DNA from: Macrostomum lignano
Taxonomy: Eukaryota
NCBI GenBank assembly: GCA_002269645.1
Contig: NIVC01001520.1
Span: forward strand, 62,001 to 126,000
Reading direction: 5' to 3'
Length of the DNA: 64,000 nt
Shown one piece after another: positions 25,455 to 41,766 of this stretch. Made by a program: the position numbers and the translations under genes. The notes below the pieces were generated by a model. The model did no database searches. It saw only the letters and a list, made by a program, of their open reading frames with translations, and was not told where the DNA came from. Each line of letters opens with the position of its first letter. Position 1 is the first letter of the stretch.

Positions 25455-27610
25455 GGACTCGGCACTAATCCTCTCAACTGAGACTCGGCACTAATCCTCT
25501 CAACTGAGACTCGGCACTAATCCTCTCAACTGAGACTCGGCACTAATCCTCTCAACTGAGACTCGGCACGAATCCTCAACTGAGACTGGGCACTAATCCT
25601 CTCAACTGAGACTCGGCACAAATCCTCTCAACTGAGACTCGGCACTAATCCTCTCAACTGAGACTCGGCACTAATCCTCTCAACTGAGACTCGGCACAAA
25701 TCCTCTCAACTGAGACTCGGCACTAATCCTCTCAACTGAGACTCGGCACTAATCCTCTCAACTGAGACTCGGCACTAATCCTCTCAACTGAGACTCGGCA
25801 CGAATCCTCAACTGAGACTGGGCACTAATCCTCTCAACTGAGACTGGGCACTAATCCTCTCAACTGAGACTGGGCACTAATCCTCTCAACTGAGACTGGG
25901 CACGAATCCCCTCAACTGAGACTGGGCACTAATCCTCTCAACTGAGACTCGGCACTAATCCTCTCAACTGAGACTGGGCACGAATCCCCTCAACTGAGAC
26001 TCGGCACTAATCCTCTCAACTGAGACTGGGCACTGATCCTCGGCACTAATCCTCTCAACTGAGACTGGGCACTAATCCTTTCAACTGAGACTGGGCACTA
26101 ATCCTCTCAACTGAGACTGGGCACTAATCCTCTCAACTGAGACTCGGCACTAATCCTCTCAACTGAGACTCGGCACGAATCCTCAACTGAGACTCGGCAC
26201 GAATCCTCAACTGAGACTGGGCACTAATCCTCTCAACTGAGACTGGGCACTAATCCTCTCAACTGAGACTGGGCACTAATCCTCTCAACTGAGACTGGGC
26301 ACGAATCCCCTCAACTGAGACTCGGCACTAATCCTCTCAACTGAGACTCGGCACTAATCCTCTCAACTGAGACTGGGCACGAATCCCCTCAACTGAGACT
26401 CGGCACTAATCCTCTCAACTGAGACTGGGCACTAATCCTCGGCACTAATCCTCTCAACTGAGACTGGGCACTAATCCTTTCAACTGAGACTGGGCACTAA
26501 TCCTCTCAACTGAGACTGGGCACTAATCCTCTCAACTGAGACTGGGCACTAATCCTTTCAACTGAGACTGGGCACTAATCCTCTCAACTGAGACTGGGCA
26601 CTAATCCCCTCAACTGAGACTGGGCACTAATCCTCTCAACTGAGACTCGGCACTAATCCTCTCAACTGAGACTGGGCACTAATCCTCGGCACTAATCCTC
26701 TCAACTGAGACTCGGCACTAATCCTCTCAACTGAGACTGGGCACTAATCCTCTCAACTGAGACTGGGCACTAATCCTTTCAACTGAGACTGGGCACTAAT
26801 CCTCTCAACTGAGACTGGGCACTAATCCTCTCAACTGAGACTCGGCACTAATCCTCTCAACTGAGACTGGGCACTAATCCTCTCAACTGAGACTGGGCAT
26901 TAATCCCTTCCACTGAGACTGGGCACTAATCCTCTCAACTGAGACTGGGCACTAATCCTCTCAACTGAGACTGGGCACTAATCCTCTCAACTGAGACTGG
27001 GCACTAATCCTCTCAACTGATACTGGGCACTAATCCTCTCAACTGAGAATGGGCACTAATCCTCTCAACTGAGACTGGGCACTAATCCTCTCAACTGAGA
27101 CTCGGCACTAATCCTCTCAACTGAGACTCGGCACTAATCCTCTCAACTGAGACTGGGCACTAATCCTCTCAACTGAGACTGGGCACTAATCCTCTCAACT
27201 GAGACTGGGCACTAATCCTCTCAACTGAGACTGGGCACTAATCCTCTCAACTGAGACTGGGCACTAATCCTCTCAACTGAGACTGGGCACTAATCCTCTC
27301 AACTGAGACTGGGCACTAATCCTCTCAACTGAGACTGGGCACTAATCCTCTCAACTGAGACTGGGCACTAATCCTCTCAACTGAGACTGGGCACTAATCC
27401 TCTCAACTGAGACTGGGCACTAATCCTCTCAACTGAGACTCGGCACTAATCCTCTCAACTGAGACTGGGCACTAATCCTCTCAACTGAGACTGGGCACTA
27501 ATCCTCTCAACTGAGACTGGGCACTAATCCTCTCAACTGAGACTCGGCACTAATCCTCTCAACTGAGACTCGGCACTAATCCTCTCAACTGAGACTCGGC
27601 ATTAATCCCT
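25455..27610. repeat. 26-bp minisatellite (GGCACTAATCCTCTCAACTGAGACTC/G)n, intergenic
   Basis: About 2.1 kb, with recurring truncated variant units near 26030, 26430 and 26680. Confidence 0.97.
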
Positions 27611-28021
27611 TCCAATTGAAAGTCAATAGGGGAGAAGAATACAGGTGTTACTTCAGTATAAAATAATATCTTGGATACAAAAGTTTCTTAATATAAGGTG
27701 TTCGGCCCACAAAATTTTAGATCGTCAAATTGTTGATCGGGCCTTATATTGAGCTGAGCCATCGATATGAATTCATGTGTGCGATGAAGCTTGATAAACT
27801 TAGAACTACGAGGATGTCTTTAATAGCAAGATACAGCGAGTTCGTAGCCGCAGACTTGGATAAACATTTTTGTACGTGGCTTTGAACAGTAAATTTCGCC
27901 AATTTAATCGAATTCAAAAAGGTTCACTATGCACCGCTCGAGAGCAAATACAGAGATAAATATAAGGTAAATATAATTCTTAAAATTTATATTGGAATAT
28001 TCGAATTCAAACCGGACTCGC

Positions 28022-31000
28022 TCACTCGTCGCAGTAGATATCCGCGTATGTTTCGGCCTGTCAGATTAATATTTGTGGTTGGCGAGAGTATATACTTTTA
28101 AATTCGGTTTCTGGTACAATCTTTATGTAATTATCAATCATGCTCCCAGCACACTTGTCGTATTTTGGAGAGTTTAGAGAGCACTGCTCCATCAGTTACT
28201 GTAACTGTTATACTGCACTCAAAGTCGTGCATGTACATCCTTTACAACCCCCGTATTACTCAGCAATTTTCCAATAAGCATTCATACTTCTTGTACAGCC
28301 GCAGGCTATACAATCTATAGACACCAGAAACTTGTGGCTATTTATGCCGCCATTGTACATCTACTATACAATCAAAAGTCCTACGAGCTATACGAATCGG
28401 ATTGTACAGACATCACAGTTCTTATACAAATCGGACTCAAGGACTACTTGAGTACGTTACTTTAGTCGTCCTTGATCGGACTGTACAGGGACGTCACAGT
28501 CCTTGTATGTACGGATCGGCACCCATAATTCCAAGAACAGATGCCTGAAGTTTATGATACATGTAGCTCATACAACTGCTCCTAGCTCACCATCGCGGTG
28601 GTCGAAGGCTCTGCAGCGACTGTGGTTGAACAGCCTGAGGCTTTTAGCCTCACTGGCTGTTCGTACTCCATGGGATTCTGCTGCCCTGATGCTGGTCGAT
28701 TACGAAGGATCTGCAATAATTATGTTTCAAATTATCTTAGCTATGCGATAGACTCGGGTGTTATAATGATATAAATATTGTAGGAACGCCTTCGGTGAGA
28801 TCCTTTCGCAACCAGCGGTAATTGAGGCTGAGCATTCTAAAGTAAAGCGCGCCAACACTGCACGCAGGCACGCTATCATAATACACACGCTCACACAGGC
28901 TGCACAGCGGCTCTGACTTTCCAACCATCAGTAGGTCACTCTCTGTGCCTTAGAGCAATTGCCCTTAAGGGTGTGAACCGCATGAAAAGTCGCGAGAGTC
29001 GCACGCCTTTGCCGCTGAGCTGCTCCTGCAGCCGGCTGGGGCAATTCACAAGCTCGAAATTTTATTTTATAAACTAAATCGATAAAATTGTCCAGTTTTG
29101 AGCTAGCGGAAATGACTAGGAAAGCTTCTTGAATCGGCTATACTTATAATTGTTAAGCAGGTCCTTCCGAGTATCTACGCTCTAAAGTTTAAATATCTCA
29201 CCTTTAAGGCTCCAAAGCTTGCAATGATAATGAGCGACACAGTTACTACTAGGGCGATCACTGCGACAAGAAATTGTGTGCCTATCGGCTGTTTCACTGG
29301 ATGGAGTGGCTGCTCTGAAATGAAATCATCATGGTTTTCAACTTCAGTTATTTACAACTACATGCAGCTATATAGTGTTTAGTTAGAATCAGCAGTAGAG
29401 TTGTAAAAGGAGTAACCCCTCAGAATCGACATGTGCCATGTACAAGCAACACTCGACCCCCCTCCCCCAGTCAGCAAAGAGGCAAGCAGTCGTGTCTATT
29501 TGCTGGCCCATGAGCACGCTCACGCGCATATAGATACGAGGGCACACGCTCACTTTGGGTGTACAGTGGCCCTGACTTTGCCATCGTCCGGTATGTACAC
29601 ACTCTCTTGCCCCGTGATTTAGTCCTCATCGGTGTACATCCCATAGAAAAGAGATGAGAGGTTGAAGGAGAGAAGAGATGAGAGAAAATGATAAATAGCT
29701 AGAGGCGGGAGGGAGAAGGGTAGAGAGAAGAGAACAGATGAGGGAAGAGACAAACTTGAGCAGGCCGGGTTGCTATCGTGAAGTTTCAAAAAGGACCCGA
29801 GGACCGGATTGAGAGGTTTTGCGTGCCGACACCTGCTGTAGGGCTTACTTTGCCCTCGAGTTGATCCCATACCATCATCTAGAACCTATTTCTTACCAGC
29901 TGCAGTTACATGCACGAAAGCCACCAGCTCAGAAAAGTGTTCTCCATCCCGACACATGTAGCTGCCAGAATCTTGTTGATTAGCCGAGCTAATGTCGGCT
30001 CGGCCTAGCGGGTTGCAGGTGCCGTTAGGCAGGCAGAGCTGCAGGCCCTGCACTCCGGATCTGTGGCCGCAGGATTTTCTGCAGTCAACTGAGAAATTTG
30101 ATTTTGCTGGTACGCTGCGGTTCAGCGACAGCTCGGCTGCGGGAGCTTTTGAATGCAATAGCGGCGATTTACCTTGACTGCTTTAGAATTTTAATCATCA
30201 GTGATTTCTCAACTGGCTTTCAAGGTTTTAGAGCTTAATTCCAGGCATTTTCTTGCGTTCTAAAAGCTTTTGAAGGTCTTAAGAAGCATCTACTGTCTTA
30301 GTATGTACAACTTTTGATGTCTCAAAGTAGCTCCCAATGTCCTGAAGTATAAATAGAATCTTCCAATGTCCTAAAAGTCGCTTTTGGTCCTACATCTTGT
30401 TATATAACTTCCTATATGTCTGTAATTTTCTACTTTCTGGGGTCTTTTGGTAACTTCGAAGCGGCAATGGAGTGAGCTTTTAACTACCTTTTAACGTTTC
30501 CAAGTGGCACACATGTATTCGTATAGATGTATTGAATACATGTACGAGCGTATTTGTCCTTCAGAGATCTAATTGACCCTCTGTTGTGGTTTCAACAGTC
30601 TCCCAGTCTACTATATGCATGTTATTTTGGTTCTTTGGAAAATGGTGCTGCTTCAGAATCGCAGTCCAAGATCTCTCGAAACCTTACCTTCGACAGATCG
30701 CAACTGCACGCGAAGATCAGAGAAGCCCATTGGGGTATCATTTTGTTTTAGCAGAACCAGAAATCGCGCCTCAAAAAATGGTGTAAAAATGCGTCTTACA
30801 TGCATTAATATTCATATCCAGATAAGCTAAAATGCGAGCTTGTGAAACTCACGTGATGAGGACTCTGAGTGCAGTCGGTGGTCCAGTTTGTACCCGCCCT
30901 CCGGTCGGTAGTTTGTGCGAGATTGCAGCGCAGTTTAAATCTCGTTCGAAAAAAATTATAAATTATTTTCGGGTCTGCTGTGCAGTGGTCAGAGCCAAAG

Positions 31001-33129
31001 TCTAACTGGCTGGCGGCTGAGATCCACACCTCGATGTCGTCTTTAAGTTTGCGGTCTAAAAAATTAAAACAATTCAACAGTCCAGGCTGACTTTTGAGGT
31101 CACGCAATTAATATACTTAGTTGTAGCCATCATTGCAGCTTTGCAGTTACTGTATAGTGAGTCACCACAGTCAGTGAGTCACCGCAGTCAGAGAGTCACC
31201 ACAGTCAATGAGTCACCGCAGTCAGTGAGTCACCGTAGTCAGTGAGTCACCACAGTCAGTGAGTCACTGCAGTCAGTGAGTCACCACAGTCAGTGAGTCA
31301 CCGCAGTCAATGAGTCACCGCAGTCAGTGAGTCACCACAGTCAGTGAGCCACCGCAGTCAGTGAGTCACCGCAGTCAGTGAGTCACCACAGTCAGTGAGT
31401 CACCGCAGTCAGTGAGTCACCACAGTCAGTGAGTCACCGCAGTCAGTGAGTCACCGCAGTCAGTGAGTCACCGCAGTCAGTGAGTCACCACAGTCAGTGA
31501 GTCACCGCAGTCAGCAGTGAGTCACCACAGTCAATGAGTCACCGCAGTTAGTGAGTCACTGCAGTCAGTGAGTCACCGCAGTCAGTGGTCACCGCAGTCA
31601 ATGAGTCACCGCAGTCAATGAGTCACCGCAGTCAGCAGTGAGTCACCACAGTCAGTGAATCACCACAGCCAGTGAGTTAATGCACTTATTCACCACACAC
31701 ACCAGAATTGTCTACAGCTCACCTCCCTCACTGCTGCAGGACACAATAGTAACGGACGCCAGTGGCAGAGGCTTCACAAACTTTACAACAAACCAATGAA
31801 GATTTTCGGAGTTGACAGACGTGCGAAAGTATCTAGTGGAGCCTATGGCAACAGACTCGGCTGTGGAGTTTCTATTGTTAAAGCAGGAAGCCGAAGGATC
31901 ACTCGAGGTCTGCCAACTTGCCTCCATGTAACGCTTGCGAACTGGCAACTCGCCTGTAGAGGCAATTGTGAAATTACAGATATACGAGATGTGAGAGACA
32001 CTGTATATATCGATATATGTGAGTGAGAGACACATTAGAGATGTGAGAGACACAGCAGAGATGTGAGAGACACAGCAGAGATGTGAGAGACACAGCAGAG
32101 ATGTGAGAGACACAGCAGAGATGTGAGAGACACAGCAGAGATGTGAGAGACACAGCAGAAATGTGAGAGACACAGCAGAGATGTGAGAGACACAGCAGAG
32201 ATGTGAGAGACACAGCAGAGATGTGAGAGACACAGCAGAGATGTGAGAGACACAGCAGAGATGTGAGAGACACAGCAGAGATGTGAGAGACACAGCAGAA
32301 ATGTGAGAGACACAGCAGAGATGTGAGAGACACAGCAGAGATGTGAGAGACACAGCAGAGATGTGAGAGACACAGCAGAGATGTGAGAGACACAGCAGAA
32401 ATGTGAGAGACACAGCAGAGATGTGAGAGACACAGCAGAGATGTGAGAGACACAGCAGAGATGTGAGAGACACATTAGAGATGTGAGAGACACAGCAGAG
32501 ATGTGAGAGACACAGCAGAGATGTGAGAGACACAGCAGAGATGTGAGAGACACAGCAGAGATGTGAGAGACACAGCAGAGATGTGAGAGACACATTAGAG
32601 ATGTGAGAGACACAGCAGAGATGTGAGAGACACAGCAGAGATGTGAGAGACACAGCAGAGATGTGAGAGACACAGCAGAGATGTGAGAGACACAGCAGAG
32701 ATGTGTCGACAGAACCAGACCGTCTACAAGAACGCCAAAGCTGCTTGGCACGGCACGGTACAGTAGTGCCTAGGCGCGTAGCCAGGATTCACATCAGGGG
32801 GGGGGGGCAGAGACATAAATCCATCTCCGATGGAAGCGATGGAAGCAAAACACAAAGGCAGTAAAAAATATCCCCCTTCCAGGGGGGACATGTCCCCAGT
32901 GTCCCCTTGCCTACGCCCCTGCAGCGCCCTTTTACTTTTACCTATAGTTAGTTAAAGCGACATTTCGTACGTGTGTAATTTGAATTCTCCAGACGACTAC
33001 ACTCGGATTAGTTCTTGAAGTTAAGTGGAAGTTCATATACTTACAGTTGTCGGTATAGCGTCCAAAACAGGAAGCAACCGCTAGAATCAGACAACTAGCG
33101 GCTGAAATGTGATTAGTTAGCAATCGCAT
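28022..33129 (-). CDS. Orphan type-I membrane receptor: signal peptide, fucolectin/discoidin-like domain, Ig-like domain, TM, cytoplasmic tail
   Basis: Proposed exons: 33045-33129 (signal peptide), 31723-31953, 30853-31055, 30688-30769, 29897-30172 (DSGSYMC Ig motif), 29202-29314 (TM FLVAVIALVVTVSLIIIASFGAL), 28591-28710 and tentatively 28022-28057. Phases 1,1,0,1,1,0,0 are all compatible. Two acceptors (GAG, AAG) are weak and the last exon is speculative. Confidence 0.62.
31155..31680. repeat. 17-bp minisatellite (GTCAGTGAGTCACCGCA)n, intronic
   Basis: Direct reading. Confidence 0.95.
31985..32705. repeat. 20-bp minisatellite (GATGTGAGAGACACAGCAGA)n, intronic
   Basis: Direct reading. Confidence 0.97.
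32771..32921. mobile_element. ~150-bp MITE-like element (CAGGGGCGTAG-type termini)
   Basis: Left TAGGCGCGTAGCC versus reverse complement of right GCCTACGCCCCTG (10/13). Internal G-runs and GGGGACATGTCCCC palindrome. TSD not convincing. Confidence 0.5.
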
Positions 33130-33963
33130 TATAGCGTCGGAATTGCTAGCTACATGAAAAATTCAGTCAGATCGGACCTCGGATAGAACATCTAGTTGGA
33201 TTTATATAGTTTCAAACAGCTTTATGTTTACATTATGAGTAAATCATCATGCTTGAAGTAATTTGCTGTCATCTTGCTTAAGACACGAGACAAAATTTCA
33301 TAAAAACAAGTTTTGTATTGCTTTTGTGGTAGGGGTTACTTCTGTCTTCAAGAATAATTCCCTCAGCTGTCACATCAAGTTGTTTCAGGGGTTTCGCTTC
33401 TCACTGTAATAATATCTTACTGCTAGTGCTAGAGTTATTAATTTCATGTACTTTTATATAGGTAGCGCATGAATGTACTTAATGCCTGTATACTTAATGT
33501 ATATCTACTGGTAGCGTATTTATTTTATATTGGTAGCGTACGTATCTACTTCTGGCCTGAGCGGTCCTACGGTCTATACCCTATCCTATATTCCCTATTT
33601 TACTCCTTTAAGGGGTATTCTCTCAGTCCTGGGCGTTCCCGGGATCAGAGGGTCACAGCTTACTTGCTGGATATTCTGCCCTTAAGGCGGGTTTCTCAGA
33701 CTCTGAGTCTGGACTACTCTACCCTCTGGTAGGTGGTCTGCCTTCTAAGGCGATTTTCTAGATTCTAAATCTTTTTCTCTAACGGGTTCTCGTTCTCTAA
33801 GAACGGATTGAATTCTCCCAATCTTGGGGCTATTCCTACATGTTTTAAGTCATATATCTACTACTTGAAATCGAATAAAGCTAGAAGACTTCCTGAGCCT
33901 GGGATTGATTTTGTCTCCAAGCTCAAAGCTAAAAAGCTCAAAGGCAAGAAAACAATTTATTTG

Positions 33964-34351
33964 GGGTCTCCCTAAAACACGCCCCGCACCGCCCTGCAGC
34001 GCTACACATTAAAACAAATTGGACTATAACTGAAGACACTTGAAAATGCGTTTTCTGTTAAGCTTTAAAGTTTTTATTAAATTAAGTTTTTTTACTATGA
34101 AATATAAAATTCGGTAAATAATAAGTGATATTATTAATAATATTAATAAAAATAAAAAATAATAAAAAAATAATTTAATAATGAAAACGAGAATATAAAA
34201 AATAACAACAAAATTTATAATAATAATTAAAGATATTTATTCCATTACTCGTACAACAAATATTTTTCTTTGCAATCAAATACTGCGTTGACAAAAAATG
34301 TTATAATGTGTAGCGGTTCGGGGCGGGGCGGTGCGTGTTTTAGGGAGACCC
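33964..34351. mobile_element. Mutator-like (MULE) MITE, 388 bp
   Basis: ~47-bp imperfect TIRs GGGTCTCCCTAAAACACG..., exact 9-bp TSD ATTTATTTG on both sides, AT-rich interior. Superfamily inferred from TSD length and G-start TIR. Confidence 0.85.
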
Positions 34352-36203
34352 ATTTATTTGACTTTATAATATTTTTCTCATTATTTATAACAAAATTTGT
34401 TTAAAAAATTATATAACAAAGTGATTATATATACAATATACAGATTATATAAAATATTTATAATATTCGTACAGAATATTAGCGACTGGCGTAATAATAA
34501 TTAGCGTAATAAAATGGCGTAACTTTTTAAAACATAATATTTATAGAAAACTTGACTTACTAAATGAATGACAGATGAAGGCGCAATTAGAAATTCGGTT
34601 TGAGGGAGGGATTAAGGGGGTCCCGTGTTGATGAGGACCCTGATTGGGGGAGATTGGAGGCGGAGGCCAGACGCCGGAGGGCCTGTGCTCTGTCGAAAAT
34701 TCGCTTGGCTTGAATTTTTTACTTATCCTAATCTGCCACAACACAAGTTACATTAGCTAGATCCTAAAATAAATGCAAGATCCTAGTCTTAGAAGACAGT
34801 TCTTATAGAAATTTAGTATATTCTGATAATTATATACTTACATACATGTAGGTCAGCTGGCAGTTTATGTTATATATCATGTGATAATAATCATTAGTTA
34901 ATTTTTAATTGCCCAACACTATCTATATTAATTAATAATATTAGGTAGCCTACTCTACTGCAGTGAGATTTTAAAAGTTGTCTTTAAATTGAATAATTTT
35001 TCTATTCTATTTCATTATTTGATAAATCTCATTTGCCCAACTAAGCCTCTATATAAATCAAAAGACACAACTTTTGAAAAAAAATTGGTCAAGTAATAAG
35101 AATTAAAACTTTTTTGTGTTTATAAATTTTAACATTTTTGTCAAAATTTTAAGTATTTCTTATAGACCTAGTAGCCTAGGTATATCTACTTATACAAAAT
35201 ATTGGTTAAGAGCCAAAAATTTCCCAATTTTTTGGTTCAATTGTTAAAGATATAAAGCCCTTATTTTTCCTATGAAAGCCAAATATATATTTATAACAAA
35301 TTGTTAATTTTGTAATATATATTTTTTTCAATTTCAATTTTATTTTTTCTTTTAGTTAGGCCTAGGCCTAATTCAAATTTTGCCTTTTATGCATATACTC
35401 ATAGGCAAGTCATATGACTCTCATAGTCATAGAAATCCTTAACTATATATATTCAAAATTTAGACAAGGCCTAAAAAAGTTATGATATATCTAAGCAATA
35501 GCTATAAAAGAAAACATTTATAGCTTGCCTAGTAAGGCAATAAATGACATAAACAGCTAAATTAGAGGCCAAATAAGCATAGATTTTTGGTCAAGCTGAG
35601 TATCAAGTTGAGACTTGATGCTTATGTTGAATTGTCAAGAAAAGTTGCGCAAGTAATCAGCACATTTTTATGTAGCATTTTCTATAGTCACACTGTCATA
35701 GTGTCATTTTATACAAAGATTTATATGAATATATTGTATCAAACAATTTCAGGACATTTTATGCAATGTCAGATCAAAAGAAAAGTACAGACTTAATTAT
35801 GAACTTATATAAAGAAATGAAAAATGAGTTACTAGTACAATTGTTAAACAAACACCATGCTAAAATTTCATTGCCATACTGATATTTCCTGCATTGAAGG
35901 GCATATTTACCCCATATTATCTATATATAGACCCATTAAAAATAATCAACTTCTCAACTGAGTAAAAATTCTTGACTTGAAGAAATTGTTGATCTTGTTG
36001 CAGACTGCACTATAATATTGGTTGGATCTTTAAAAATTGATATAGAGCATACAAAATAAATAAAATATCTTATTATAAGATGCATTAGGTGAAGCTACTA
36101 TTCAATGATTTTCTTAAAAGTACTTATGCACACTGATGTTCTATTCTATTAACTATTGCTCAGAATAGGCCTACTACTTATTTCTGCACTGCTGTATCAA
36201 CCA

Positions 36204-41070
<4,867 letters not shown>

Positions 41071-41766
41071 GACCCATCCGTTTTGGGCATCAATTTTTAA
41101 GAAATGCAGCCTACTCACGTGACTTAATTAACTGTCGTATTGATCGGTTTGAATCAATGGTTTTAAAAAGCCTGTTTGAAGTACAGTACAAGTAAAACAC
41201 TCTATCGGCTTCTGTGCCTGCTTAAATAGTTCCTTCTTATTTTCTAATTGTTGTTGTCGTCTTTCTCTGTGTTGTTTGTACATCTCAATCCTAATTTATT
41301 AGAGTACATGTCTGTGTGTAAAAAGTGAGGATAATATTTTTTTGTACAATTGCGCCCTGATTATTTACAAAAACTTGCGCTACTGTAAGTAGTTGATTAG
41401 ATGATATTTTGCACCGAAACTCACTGAATTTGACAGCCTAGCTATTAAAATTGGTTTTATTAAAAAAATAATTTTATCAATCCTGTCCAGTGCCACTTAT
41501 GTCCCGCCTCTTTTTACACGACTTTAATTCTGTAGCTTTCATATCAATTCATATATCAGAAACACAAGGACACAAATAAATAGCCTGCATACTTTTTTCT
41601 TCGGTTTGTTCTCTATAGACAGAGACATTTTTAACAACATTATATTACTATTTATTACTATTAATCGAACTTGTTGGTTCCAGTGATAGTTATTATTATT
41701 GTTTTCTTGTTTATAACACGAGGCGATGCACATTTATACACAGAGGCGAACAAACTAGAAGTGACA

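Noticed and set aside
28965-29206. Kolobok/piggyBac-like MITE bounded by TTAA
   Set aside because: The apparent right end (TCTCACCTTTAA) is better explained as the GTGAGA splice donor of the receptor TM exon, and the TIR match is poor.
30570-30720. Penelope GIY-YIG-like remnant (HIVDWETVE; CSCDLSKVRFREI) on the minus strand
   Set aside because: The match is too short and split across frames with stops, and part of it overlaps the receptor exon 30688-30769.
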